Assembly (NCBI RefSeq): GCF_002075285.3
Contig: NZ_CP021983.2
Span: 3,330,001-3,362,000, forward strand
Reading direction: 5' to 3'
From: Halomicronema hongdechloris C2206
GTDB taxonomy: Bacteria > Cyanobacteriota > Cyanobacteriia > Phormidesmidales > Phormidesmidaceae
DNA: 32,000 bases
Shown here: piece by piece, positions 9,488 through 17,826 of the stretch
How the letters are laid out: each line of letters begins with the position of its first letter
How positions within the stretch are numbered: position 1 is the first letter of the stretch
Translations under genes and position numbers: made by a program
The notes under the pieces: model-generated
Database searches by the model: none
Seen by the model: only the letters and a program-made list of their open reading frames with translations
What the model was told of the DNA's origin: nothing

Positions 9488-12400
9488 ATGTTTGCCAATC
9501 TCTTCATTCGCCGTCCTGTCGTTGCCAGCGTCTTGGCCATCATCATCATCTTGATTGGGGCAGTGGCCATTCCTAACCTACCCGTTGCCTATTACCCCGA
9601 AGTCACTCCACCCCAGGTCACAGTGACGGCCAACTACACTGGCGCCAGCGCCGAGGTCGTCGAAAGTACCGTCACCAATATCCTCGAACAGGAGATCAAC
9701 GGTATTGAAGGGGTTCGCTATCTGTCATCGTCTAGCGGCAATAACGGCACCAGCACCATCAATATCACCTTCGAGCCCAATCGCGATGCTGACCTAGCCG
9801 CCGTCGATGTGCAGAATCGCATTGCCGTGGTGGAATCCCAGCTGCCGGAGGTCGTGCAACGCACTGGGGTATCCGTACGCAAAGAAAATAGTGGCTTCTT
9901 GATGGCCATTGGCTTCTACGCCGAGGACGGTCAATACGATACCTCCTTTCTCAGCAATTATGCTGATCTATACGTGGTTGAGGCCCTGAAGCGACTCGAT
10001 GGCGTCGGTGGCGTTCAAATCTTCGGCGAACGGCGCTACGCTATGCGCCTGTGGGTAGACCCAGAACGACTGGCAAGTCGTGACCTAGTCATTCAAGATG
10101 TGGTCGATGCTCTCAACGAACAGAATATCCAGGTAGGCGTCGGCCAACTAGGCCAACCCCCGGTACCCGATGGGCAGCAGTATCAAATCGACCTAGAGGC
10201 CCTGAGCCGCTTCACCACCGACGCGGAGTTTGCCAATTTAATCCTCAAGACTGAACCCGACGGCACCTTAGTGCGGTTCAAGGATGTGGGTCGAGTCGAG
10301 TTGGGGGCCCAAGACTACAGCACGGTGTTGCGCTTTCGGGGCATTGAGGCGGTTGGCTTGGGGATTACCCAGGCCCCCAATAGTAATGCCTTGTCTGTCG
10401 CCCAAGCGGTTAAGGATGAGCTGTCTCGGCTACAGCAGCAGTTCCCTCCGGGTCTCCAGTACGACATTGCCTTCGATACCACCGACTTCGTGCAGCGCTC
10501 CCTCAGCGAAGTCGTCTTTACCCTGGTGCAGGCTGTTTCCTTGGTAGTGCTGGTGATTTTCGTGTTTCTCCAGGATTGGCGCACCACCCTAATTCCAGCT
10601 ATTACTATTCCAGGGGCCCTGATCGGTGCCTTTGCCTTCGTGCAGGTCTTCGGCTTTTCGATCAATACCCTGACCCTGTTCGGGCTCACCCTAGCTACTG
10701 GCATGGTGGTGGATGATGCCATCATCGTGGTCGAGAATATTTCTCGCCTGATTCACCAGCGGGGCCTCAGCCCGCGACAGGCCGCCATGGAATCCATGCA
10801 GGAACTGACCGGGGCTGTGATCGCCACCTCCCTGGTGTTGATGGCTGTATTTATTCCGGTTGCCTTTTTTCCAGGGACGACCGGTGCCCTCTATCGTCAG
10901 TTTGCCCTGACGATTGCGTTCTCCATTGCCGTATCGACATTCCTGGCGCTTACCTTTACCCCGGCCATATCGGCCCTGCTATTGCGAGCTGAGCAGTCTC
11001 CTCCGGGGTGGTTGGCGGTCTTCTTCAATCGGTTTAACGCCACTTTGGACTGGCTGAAGCAGAATTATCAGGCCGGTCTGAGAACCCTGATGCGGTTCAA
11101 AATGGTGGTGCTCGGACTGTTTGTATTGGCCCTGGGGGCAACCGCTTGGCTATTTGTCGCAGTGCCTTCGGGATTCTTGCCAGATGAAGATCAGGGCTAT
11201 TTCATTACCTTAATTCAGGGGCCTGAGGGGGTATCGCTGGACTATACCAGTGATGTAGTTGCCAATACTGAGCAGGAAATCTTGCAATTGCCAGAGGTAG
11301 AGCGCACCTTTGCGGTGGCTGGCTTTAGCTTCGCCGGCAGTAGTTCTAACAATGGCATCATCTTTGCCACCCTAAAACCCTGGGAAGAACGGCGAGGCCC
11401 GGGACAGTCAGTGCAAGGGTTAATTGGCCGTCTGTTTCCTGTCTTCAGCACCATTACTGAGGCGCGGGTATTTGCCGTGAATCCACCTCCCATTCCAGGC
11501 TTGGGGACCTTTGGCGGTTTCACTTTTCAATTGCAGGACCGGCGTGGGGTCAACGATCTCAATACGTTGGTGGCAACCGCCGGACAACTGATTGGTCAAG
11601 CAAATCAACAACCGCAGTTGCAGCAAGTCTTTACCACCTTCGCCGCCGGTACCCCAAAGCTCTCTATTGCAATCGATCGGGAAACGGCCAAGGCGATGCA
11701 GGTCGATATCGACGATATCCTGCGCACGCTGCAGGCATCTATGGCCTCTCAATATGTGAATGACTTTACCCTGGGGCAGCGTAATTATCGGGTGTATGTG
11801 CAAGCAGAACCAGAGTTTCGCTCTGAACCTGGTGATATTAGCCGCCTCTATGTCCGCTCTGCCACTGATGAGATCATTCCCTTGAGTAACCTGGTCAGCA
11901 CGACGTCTGCGACAGGGGCCCAAACGATTACTCATTTCAATTTATTTCGCTCTATTGAAATCACTGGTTCGCCAGCCCCTGGGGCGAGTTCGGGCGATGC
12001 CCTGGAGACCATGGAGCGCTTGGCAGCGGAGAACCTCCCCCCCAGTTTTGGCTACCAGTGGTCGGGCACGTCCCTGGAAGAAATTGAGTCGGGAGGCCAG
12101 GCCACTTGGATCTTCGGTCTTGGGATCGTCTTTGTCTTCTTGGTGCTGGCAGCTCAGTATGAGAACTTCGTGGATCCCTTCATCATCATGCTGGCAGTGC
12201 CCTTGGCGGTGATGGGAGCCTTGTTGGTGCAGTCCATGCGAGGGCTGGTCAATGATGTCTATTGCCAGGTGGGGTTGGTCATGTTAATCGGCCTGGCTAG
12301 CAAGAACTCGATTCTGATCGTAGAATTTGCCAACCAGTTGCGATCGCAAGGCCTACCCTTAGTCAAAGCGGCCGTAGAAGCCGCCCAAGAGCGCCTACGC

Positions 12401-12616
12401 CCGATTCTGATGACGGCAATTTCAACGCTGGTAGGCATCGCACCACTAGCACTAGCGACTGGTGCTGGCTCTGGTAGCCGCCAGTCCTTGGGAAATGCAG
12501 TCTTTGGTGGCATGCTAGTGGCCACCTTTCTATCCTTATTTATGGTGCCAGTGTTATACGTAGTGATTATGGCCTTACAAGAACGCATCCTAGGGCGCTT
12601 AAAATCGTCCCAATAA
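9488..12616 (+). CDS. RND efflux transporter permease (AcrB/AcrD/AcrF family)
   Basis: 1042 aa. The N-terminus is MFANLFIRRPVVASVLAIIIILIG. The layout is 12 TM segments with two large periplasmic loops. Conserved segments include VVDDAIIVVENI and ILIVEFANQL. Confidence 0.95.
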   Translation: MFANLFIRRPVVASVLAIIIILIGAVAIPNLPVAYYPEVTPPQVTVTANYTGASAEVVESTVTNILEQEINGIEGVRYLSSSSGNNGTSTINITFEPNRDADLAAVDVQNRIAVVESQLPEVVQRTGVSVRKENSGFLMAIGFYAEDGQYDTSFLSNYADLYVVEALKRLDGVGGVQIFGERRYAMRLWVDPERLASRDLVIQDVVDALNEQNIQVGVGQLGQPPVPDGQQYQIDLEALSRFTTDAEFANLILKTEPDGTLVRFKDVGRVELGAQDYSTVLRFRGIEAVGLGITQAPNSNALSVAQAVKDELSRLQQQFPPGLQYDIAFDTTDFVQRSLSEVVFTLVQAVSLVVLVIFVFLQDWRTTLIPAITIPGALIGAFAFVQVFGFSINTLTLFGLTLATGMVVDDAIIVVENISRLIHQRGLSPRQAAMESMQELTGAVIATSLVLMAVFIPVAFFPGTTGALYRQFALTIAFSIAVSTFLALTFTPAISALLLRAEQSPPGWLAVFFNRFNATLDWLKQNYQAGLRTLMRFKMVVLGLFVLALGATAWLFVAVPSGFLPDEDQGYFITLIQGPEGVSLDYTSDVVANTEQEILQLPEVERTFAVAGFSFAGSSSNNGIIFATLKPWEERRGPGQSVQGLIGRLFPVFSTITEARVFAVNPPPIPGLGTFGGFTFQLQDRRGVNDLNTLVATAGQLIGQANQQPQLQQVFTTFAAGTPKLSIAIDRETAKAMQVDIDDILRTLQASMASQYVNDFTLGQRNYRVYVQAEPEFRSEPGDISRLYVRSATDEIIPLSNLVSTTSATGAQTITHFNLFRSIEITGSPAPGASSGDALETMERLAAENLPPSFGYQWSGTSLEEIESGGQATWIFGLGIVFVFLVLAAQYENFVDPFIIMLAVPLAVMGALLVQSMRGLVNDVYCQVGLVMLIGLASKNSILIVEFANQLRSQGLPLVKAAVEAAQERLRPILMTAISTLVGIAPLALATGAGSGSRQSLGNAVFGGMLVATFLSLFMVPVLYVVIMALQERILGRLKSSQ

Positions 12617-12804
12617 TCCGTCGAGCCAGCCCAGTGAAGTTTGAGTAAGCCCTAAATTACGGCTCAAGCTCTTGCTTCGCGTGCCTTCCTATTCCCCACG
12701 GGAATATGCACCGACAACGTACCGATGACTAAATTGTTCCTGCACAACTGCTGTCCGTAGACCACTAAGCTTTTCGAGTGCGACTAGAGACTTATTGAAG
12801 TACA

Positions 12805-12984
12805 TCAGGAATTTCGTTGTTCTTCAGAACGATATTCCTTCAGCCAACAACGCTCTAAATGACGCAATCGATAGACGCGCCAGAATGTCCAGGGGTTCAA
12901 GATAGCTGGATTAACCGAACTAAAGACTGGCTGATTCAAATACTGCCAGACAGGGAAATTCAGTTTATTGTGCCGAGGAGTCAT
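12805..12984 (-). CDS. Possible 59-aa ORF (MTPRHNKLNFPVWQYLNQPVFSSVNPAILNPWTFWRVYRLRHLERCWLKEYRSEEQRNS)
   Basis: Hand-translated from the minus strand, ATG to TGA, and absent from the supplied ORF track. It lies in the AT-rich gap between the RND gene and ssrA. There is no clear ribosome-binding site and no recognised family. Confidence 0.25.
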   Translation of the reverse strand: MTPRHNKLNFPVWQYLNQPVFSSVNPAILNPWTFWRVYRLRHLERCWLKEYRSEEQRNS

Positions 12985-13151
12985 TGTGGCTATTGAACTT
13001 CGTCACTACAGATGATTCCTAAGCCGATCAGTGCCTCGACCGACTCTATCATCACTGTTTACCCCTAGTATAGGCACGCAAATTTTTGAGACTAAGAGTC
13101 TTAGCCTCAGATGGAAGAATATTTAATAAACGAACACAGAAATAATAAAAA

Positions 13152-13536
13152 TGGAGCTGACGGGAGTCGAACCCGTGTCCGCTCTGAGTAGTAACACTTC
13201 GCTCGTTCACAGGCATAGCCTATCTAATCCTCAAGGCGGGAACCATCAATTATCCCTGACGGTGGGATGCTCTAGTTGAGTCTTAGTCAACCAGTCCACT
13301 AGAGAAGACTAGTTGACGCATCCGTTGGGGTTTGGTCCACAGCCCTTAACGGAGTCAGACCGTAGACGCTCGCGATCTAGTTAGATGCTAGGCAGCTACG
13401 GGAGCAGCCTTGCGAGCAAAAGGAACGATGTTGTTCGCACTTACGTTTGGTTGAGCCTTGATTAACGAGAGTGGACTCCCTCTCGGCCTGTATCACAAAG
13501 CGACTTTCCTCAGAACGTCGAAACCATGACAGCCCC
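13152..13536 (-). ncRNA. ssrA: Transfer-messenger RNA (one-piece tmRNA)
   Basis: On the minus strand the 5' end GGGGCTGTCATGGTTTCGAC pairs with the 3' end ...GGGTTCGACTCCCGTCAGCTCCA, giving a 7-bp acceptor stem GGGGCTG/CAGCTCC and a T-arm with GGTTCGACTCC. The internal tag frame at 13438..13388 (GCG AAC AAC ATC GTT CCT TTT GCT CGC AAG GCT GCT CCC GTA GCT GCC TAG) encodes ANNIVPFARKAAPVAA*. A TATAAT on the minus strand (13553..13558) sits 17 nt upstream of the mature 5' end. Confidence 0.93.
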
Positions 13537-13694
13537 TTGTGATTGTTCCTCTATTATAGAGGCTCTTGCGAGCTCACTAGTTCGGTTGTCTACACTGTGG
13601 TCCCTATTGATGTCATAACGGTTTGTAAACTCAAGAGTGAATTTTTTCGATTATAATATTGTCTTAAGTATCTTACCCTTTCCTTGGGAGCAGC

Positions 13695-13739
13695 CCTGAG
13701 GGGTTGTATAGAACCTGAGGGATTGTATAGAACCTGTGA
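13695..13739. repeat. 19-bp tandem direct repeat, about 2.3 copies (cctgagggRttgtatagaa)
   Basis: Units at 13695-13713 and 13714-13732 differ at one base. A partial third unit cctgtga follows. The repeat lies 76-120 nt upstream of the ATG at 13815. Confidence 0.9.
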
Positions 13740-13814
13740 ATTAGGGATATACGATGCCAGACCACGGCTAAATTGGGTTCTGGCTGATGCAAAAGCTGAG
13801 AGAAGGTCATAAGC

Positions 13815-14234
13815 ATGAGCACAAACGCCGCAAACGGTCATTCCAATGCTACCGAGGAACAAGAGACAACGCCTGCCAAGGCTCAAGCTAAGCAATCGGG
13901 TAGCCATTTGGTCACTGCCGAGGGAACTGATGCATCGTCTGTGATTCTCCTCTCGGACAATACTCGCGTCGTTCCTACCAACACGCTACCCAACAATCGA
14001 CCCATTACCGCTAACGAGTTTACGGTTGTAGGCACTCTCAACTCTGCCGGTACTCGGCCTATTATGGCTGATGTACTGCAGGTGGTGAATACGGAGTTAC
14101 TGCCAGGGCATCGTCCCATTGTAGCTAGTAACCTAGAAGTTTCGGATCTGGGCTTTTTACCTGGGAATCGCCCCATTGCTGCCAACGATGTGGTTGATCC
14201 ACCCCCCCCCGTACTGATGGGGTATCTGGACTAA
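13815..14234 (+). CDS. Hypothetical protein, 139 aa, with four tandem 19-aa repeats carrying an x-RPI-x-A motif
   Basis: The units are LPNNRPITANEFTVVGTLN, SAGTRPIMADVLQVVNTEL, LPGHRPIVASNLEVSDLGF and LPGNRPIAANDVVDPPPP. The N-terminus is polar and low-complexity. The ATG follows gagaagg, and a strong terminator lies downstream. Confidence 0.7.
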   Translation: MSTNAANGHSNATEEQETTPAKAQAKQSGSHLVTAEGTDASSVILLSDNTRVVPTNTLPNNRPITANEFTVVGTLNSAGTRPIMADVLQVVNTELLPGHRPIVASNLEVSDLGFLPGNRPIAANDVVDPPPPVLMGYLD

Positions 14235-14318
14235 GTCCCGGGAAGGCATAAAGCTACGGCAAAGGGGATTGTCTGGTCTCCTGGAGAGAGACACTCCGAC
14301 AAGTCCACCAGCAATTTT

Positions 14319-14369
14319 GACAAGAGCGTCCCGTCAGTGGGGCGCTCTTGTCACGGTTGTTTGATTTTT
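14319..14369. terminator. Bidirectional intrinsic terminator between convergent genes
   Basis: The stem gacaagagcgtccc / ggggcgctcttgtc (14 bp including one G-T pair) closes the loop gtcagt. It is followed by acggttgtttgattttt on the plus strand and preceded by gcaatttt, which reads aaaattgc on the minus strand. Confidence 0.8.
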
Positions 14370-14425
14370 AGCTGCTGCAGAGAAGGTGCTCAGTCATCCC
14401 CCTTGTCGAAATCAACCAATTGGAC

Positions 14426-14692
14426 TTAGACAGAGGTGGGAGCAGCATAGATGCTTACTTTCTTACGTCCTTTACCTTTGCGCTCGAAGGTAACGATGCC
14501 ATCAATGAGAGCGAATAGCGTATCGTCGTTACCCCGACCCACGTTTTCACCAGGATGAATCTTGGTTCCCCGTTGGCGGATTAAGATATTGCCAGCACGT
14601 ACAGCTTCACCGCCATAACGCTTAACGCCTAGGCGTTTGGCATTTGAGTCTCGACCGTTACGAGTGCTTCCAGTCCCTTTTTTGTGAGCCAT
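14426..14692 (-). CDS. rpmA: 50S ribosomal protein L27
   Basis: [28 protein letters not shown]... is the canonical L27 sequence. Confidence 0.97.
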   Translation of the reverse strand: MAHKKGTGSTRNGRDSNAKRLGVKRYGGEAVRAGNILIRQRGTKIHPGENVGRGNDDTLFALIDGIVTFERKGKGRKKVSIYAAPTSV

Positions 14693-14713
14693 AGTACTTC
14701 CCTAACTACTGAT

Positions 14714-15109
14714 TTACTCTGCTTCTGCGACGACTTCAGTGGCAACAGGCTCCACAGGTTCGGTTGCATGGGCGACTTCACCAATGGATTTGCCTCCAAC
14801 AGTAATGCTATCGATCATAATCCGAGTTAGCTCTTGGCGATGGCCCTGTTTCTTGCGCGTCTTTTTCTTGGGACGCATTTTATATACAACAACCTTGCGC
14901 CCGCGCAGGTGCCGCATCACGGTTGCCGAGACAGTGGCATTGGTAACTGTAGGTTGACCAACCACGATCTCGCCATCATCATTAACAAGCAACACTCTGT
15001 CTAGGGTGATCTGTTCATCCTCTGCTACAGCAATGCGGTCGATGTCATAAAAGCGACCAGGCTCAACCCGTAGCTGCTTGCCACTAGTCTCTACGATTGC
15101 ATATGTCAT
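14714..15109 (-). CDS. rplU: 50S ribosomal protein L21
   Basis: [25 protein letters not shown] ... [11 protein letters not shown] is canonical L21, with an acidic C-terminal extension. It ends 21 nt upstream of rpmA. Confidence 0.97.
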   Translation of the reverse strand: MTYAIVETSGKQLRVEPGRFYDIDRIAVAEDEQITLDRVLLVNDDGEIVVGQPTVTNATVSATVMRHLRGRKVVVYKMRPKKKTRKKQGHRQELTRIMIDSITVGGKSIGEVAHATEPVEPVATEVVAEAE

Positions 15110-15196
15110 GGATGCTCTCTCCGTTGCCGTACAGGTAGCTGCCGATGACTAGACAGCCTTTATAACCTGGTCCGAACATAATATGGACAAATTCCC

Positions 15197-15226
15197 ATTA
15201 TCTTTGATTAATGCTGATAACGTCAA
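15197..15226 (-). promoter_or_regulatory. Candidate sigma70-type promoter for rplU-rpmA (TTGACG-N18-GATAAT on the minus strand)
   Basis: Read by eye. The -35 is at 15221..15226 and the -10 at 15197..15202. This would give a leader of roughly 80 nt ending in a ggagag Shine-Dalgarno-like element before the ATG. Confidence 0.3.
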
Positions 15227-15570
15227 GGTAATTAGCCTTTGATGTGTGACTGTGCCATTGGGGCAGAATGCTATGGCGTCAACAGCATGCCCGCACTCGT
15301 ACCTACTGTGAGAGCAAGGACCCTATGACGGTAATCCCAATCCTTGCACCGCTTAAAGGTTCCCGGCGCTCTAGCCTCGTGCAACCGGATATTACCTCGC
15401 ATGCACCCCGTTGCTTACAGGGAGAGAAGTACCATAAAATCCCGAGCGTACTCCCCCTATAGAATAGACGTCTTGGCTGAATCCAGACATAGAGGGTATG
15501 ACCTGGAGACCTCCTGGTTTGAATCTGGATGTAGGCCTGTACCCCTTATAAGGAGGCGCATTACATTACT

Positions 15571-16404
15571 ATGCAGATTAACTGGCAAGAGGCCAAATCC
15601 TACCAGGATATTCTTTATCACAAAGCGGATGGTGTTGCTAAAATCACCATCAACCGCCCCCACAAGCGCAACGCCTTCCGTCCTAGGACGGTGGTAGAGA
15701 TGTACGATGCCTTTTGTGATGCCCGCGAGGATTTCCAAATTGGTGTGGTGCTGCTGATCGGTGCTGGCCCCCACGATGATGGCAAATATGCCTTTTGTGC
15801 CGGTGGAGACCAAAGTGTGCGGGGACAGGCTGGATATCTCGATGAAACGGGAGTGCCACGACTCAATGTATTAGACTTACAGCGGCTGATTCGCTCCATG
15901 CCTAAGGTGGTAATTGCGCTGGTGGCAGGCTATGCCATCGGCGGTGGCCATGTACTCCACGTCATTTGCGATCTCACGATTGCTGCCGAGAACGCTATTT
16001 TTGGACAAACGGGGCCTAAGGTTGGCAGCTTTGACGGCGGCTTTGGAGCGAGTTATCTAGCTCGTATCGTGGGCCAGAAAAAGGCCCGAGAAATCTGGTT
16101 TCTGTGCCGCCAATACTCAGCTCAAGAGGCATTGGCGATGGGATTGGTTAACTGTGTCGTACCCGTTGAGCAGTTGGAGGCAGAGGGCCTCAAGTGGGCG
16201 GGGGAGATTCTGCAGAAGAGCCCTATTGCCATCCGTTGTCTGAAGGCAGCTTTTAATGCTGACTGTGATGGCCAGGCTGGACTACAGGAGTTGGCTGGAA
16301 ATGCCACGTTGCTGTACTACATGACCGAGGAAGGGGCTGAAGGCAAGCAAGCGTTTCTAGAGAAGCGTTCCCCTGATTTCCGACAATATCCTTGGTTGCC
16401 CTAG
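15571..16404 (+). CDS. menB: 1,4-dihydroxy-2-naphthoyl-CoA synthase (phylloquinone pathway)
   Basis: 277 aa crotonase fold. Matching segments are [43 protein letters not shown] and the C-terminus FLEKRSPDF. Confidence 0.94.
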   Translation: MQINWQEAKSYQDILYHKADGVAKITINRPHKRNAFRPRTVVEMYDAFCDAREDFQIGVVLLIGAGPHDDGKYAFCAGGDQSVRGQAGYLDETGVPRLNVLDLQRLIRSMPKVVIALVAGYAIGGGHVLHVICDLTIAAENAIFGQTGPKVGSFDGGFGASYLARIVGQKKAREIWFLCRQYSAQEALAMGLVNCVVPVEQLEAEGLKWAGEILQKSPIAIRCLKAAFNADCDGQAGLQELAGNATLLYYMTEEGAEGKQAFLEKRSPDFRQYPWLP

Positions 16405-16471
16405 CCCATTTGCTATGTAGCGTTTACCGAATCGCTAGCATCAAATCTCGTCGAGTTAGAATGGCCTCACA

Positions 16472-17023
16472 ATGGCCTTAGATAATCTCCATAGCTTGAT
16501 TCGACGGTTAGAGCAGCAACCCAGTTGGCAGCGACACCAACAGTTAAGGTTATTGCTTAGGGAGTGGCCTCATATTGTTGGGGCAGCAGTTGCTCAGCAT
16601 AGTCGACCAGTGGGAGTGCAGCGGCAGATATTGCAGGTCGCTGTCTCAACTGCCCCATGGGCTCAAACCTTGACTTTTGAGCGGGGGCAGATCCTGGCCA
16701 AGCTACAGACAATACCGGGGGTTGAGATCACAGATATTCGATTTTCCCCAGGACTATGGAGCTATAGCCCCAGCCATTCTAGGGCAAGGGGTGACAACGA
16801 GTTAATAAAATCTCATCCCAGTTGGAGCGGCCCTATCGATTGGACTTCTAATGAAGCTGATCCAACGACGGCCATGGAGGCATTTCAGCGATGGGCCCAG
16901 CAGATTCGGGCCCAGCAGCGTCATCAGAAACTATGTCCTGTCTGTGGCAGTCCTTGTCCTCCAGGAGAATTGATGCGTTGGCAAGCCTGTGGTCTGTGTG
17001 CGGCGAAACGTTGGGGACCATGA
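16472..17023 (+). CDS. DUF721 / DciA-like protein with a C-terminal CxxC...CxxC zinc ribbon
   Basis: The N-terminal half (WPHIVGAAVAQHSRPVGVQRQILQVAVSTAPWAQTLTFERGQILAKL) fits the DUF721 pattern. The C-terminus is CPVCGSPCPPGELMRWQACGLCAAKRW. Confidence 0.72.
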   Translation: MALDNLHSLIRRLEQQPSWQRHQQLRLLLREWPHIVGAAVAQHSRPVGVQRQILQVAVSTAPWAQTLTFERGQILAKLQTIPGVEITDIRFSPGLWSYSPSHSRARGDNELIKSHPSWSGPIDWTSNEADPTTAMEAFQRWAQQIRAQQRHQKLCPVCGSPCPPGELMRWQACGLCAAKRWGP

Positions 17024-17539
17024 GCCTCTTGGCACACTCTCAGAGACTGGTTTTTCCCGGTAATAACTACTCATCGCTAATGCTTTTAGTAGCCAAGCCA
17101 GAAGTAGGAGGGCAGAAGGAGAAAGCCTGATAAATGCAGCCTATCCACTTTGAGTAATAGAGGCGCTATTGCTGCCACAGAGTACTAGAGAATCACAATA
17201 GCCTACAAACAGATAACATTGCCTACTCTTGGCTCCTAGCAGGAGAGCTCAGTAATAATACGGCTAATCTTTCTTAAGTTTTCAGGAACATATTACCGCG
17301 AAATCAGTCTCTTTACGGATTGATCCCTGTAGTTTATGCTCTAGATTCGCCATGAAATCGTCGGGCCATCTCAATCCTGTATATCTTTTTAAACTGAAAA
17401 TAAAGAAAATATAAAACTGATAGATTGACAGCTGTTGGCGAAACCCTGTCTAGGCAATAACTGCCTTTCCAAACCCGACACTAATGACTGGATGAATAAC
17501 TGGGAAAATGATGGGGTCTATCGCTTTTGGAACCATTCT

Positions 17540-17755
17540 ATGAAGGCAATGAAGTGCGAGGTCTCCTGCTGTGGTCGCTGCGGCTTCTATACTCCGGAAG
17601 GACGACGCGGTGGCCACTGTGTGCAGTTGGGAGCTCCAGTTAGGAGTCGGTGGAAAGCATGCCCACTGGCGACTCCTGTCTTTCTAGATCCCCTGCAAAG
17701 GGTAGAGGATTTCTCCTGTTGGTCCCATGATTTCCTAGCGATGGGAAGATCCTGA
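17540..17755 (+). CDS. Small cysteine-rich protein, about 71 aa (MKAMKCEVSCCGRCGFYTPEGRRGGHCVQLGAPVRSRWKACPLATPVF...)
   Basis: The ORF-track start at 17435 is TTG. In-frame ATGs lie at 17492, 17540 and 17549. The C-x-x-C ... H-C ... C spacing resembles small proteins I recall from other cyanobacteria, but I cannot name the family. The start is uncertain. Confidence 0.55.
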   Translation: MKAMKCEVSCCGRCGFYTPEGRRGGHCVQLGAPVRSRWKACPLATPVFLDPLQRVEDFSCWSHDFLAMGRS

Positions 17756-17826
17756 AGTGATTGTGCGTGATCCCTGTCTATCAGCATCCGCTAAAGACTT
17801 GCTAAATTAGAGGGGCGCTAAGTCAA

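Noticed and set aside
2184-12588. Many 60-170-aa alternative-frame and antisense ORFs inside rlmD, lpxD, GH57, MFP and RND. Examples are 2191..2463, 3091..3384, 5490..5833, 8475..8768, 10315..10725 and 11420..11935.
   Set aside because: They are embedded in long ORFs that have clear family motifs. Their translations are Arg/Pro/Ser/Ala/Gly-rich, as expected for off-frame reading of moderately GC-rich genes.
12617-13151. Genomic island integrated at the ssrA 3' end
   Set aside because: There is no integrase, no direct repeat of the tmRNA 3' terminus, and only about 0.5 kb of spacer before a conserved efflux operon.
13590-14185. Minus-strand ORFs 13590..13907 and 13883..14185, antisense to the repeat-protein gene
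   Set aside because: One overlaps the promoter and start of the plus-strand gene, and the other is fully antisense to it. The plus-strand frame shows the exact 19-aa periodic repeat and has a proper terminator, so it is the better model.
15268-15813. Track ORFs 15268..15462 (+), 15344..15697 (+) and 15457..15813 (-) around the menB start
   Set aside because: They overlap the strongly supported menB frame or lie in its promoter gap. No family resemblance is visible, and they are typical shadow ORFs.
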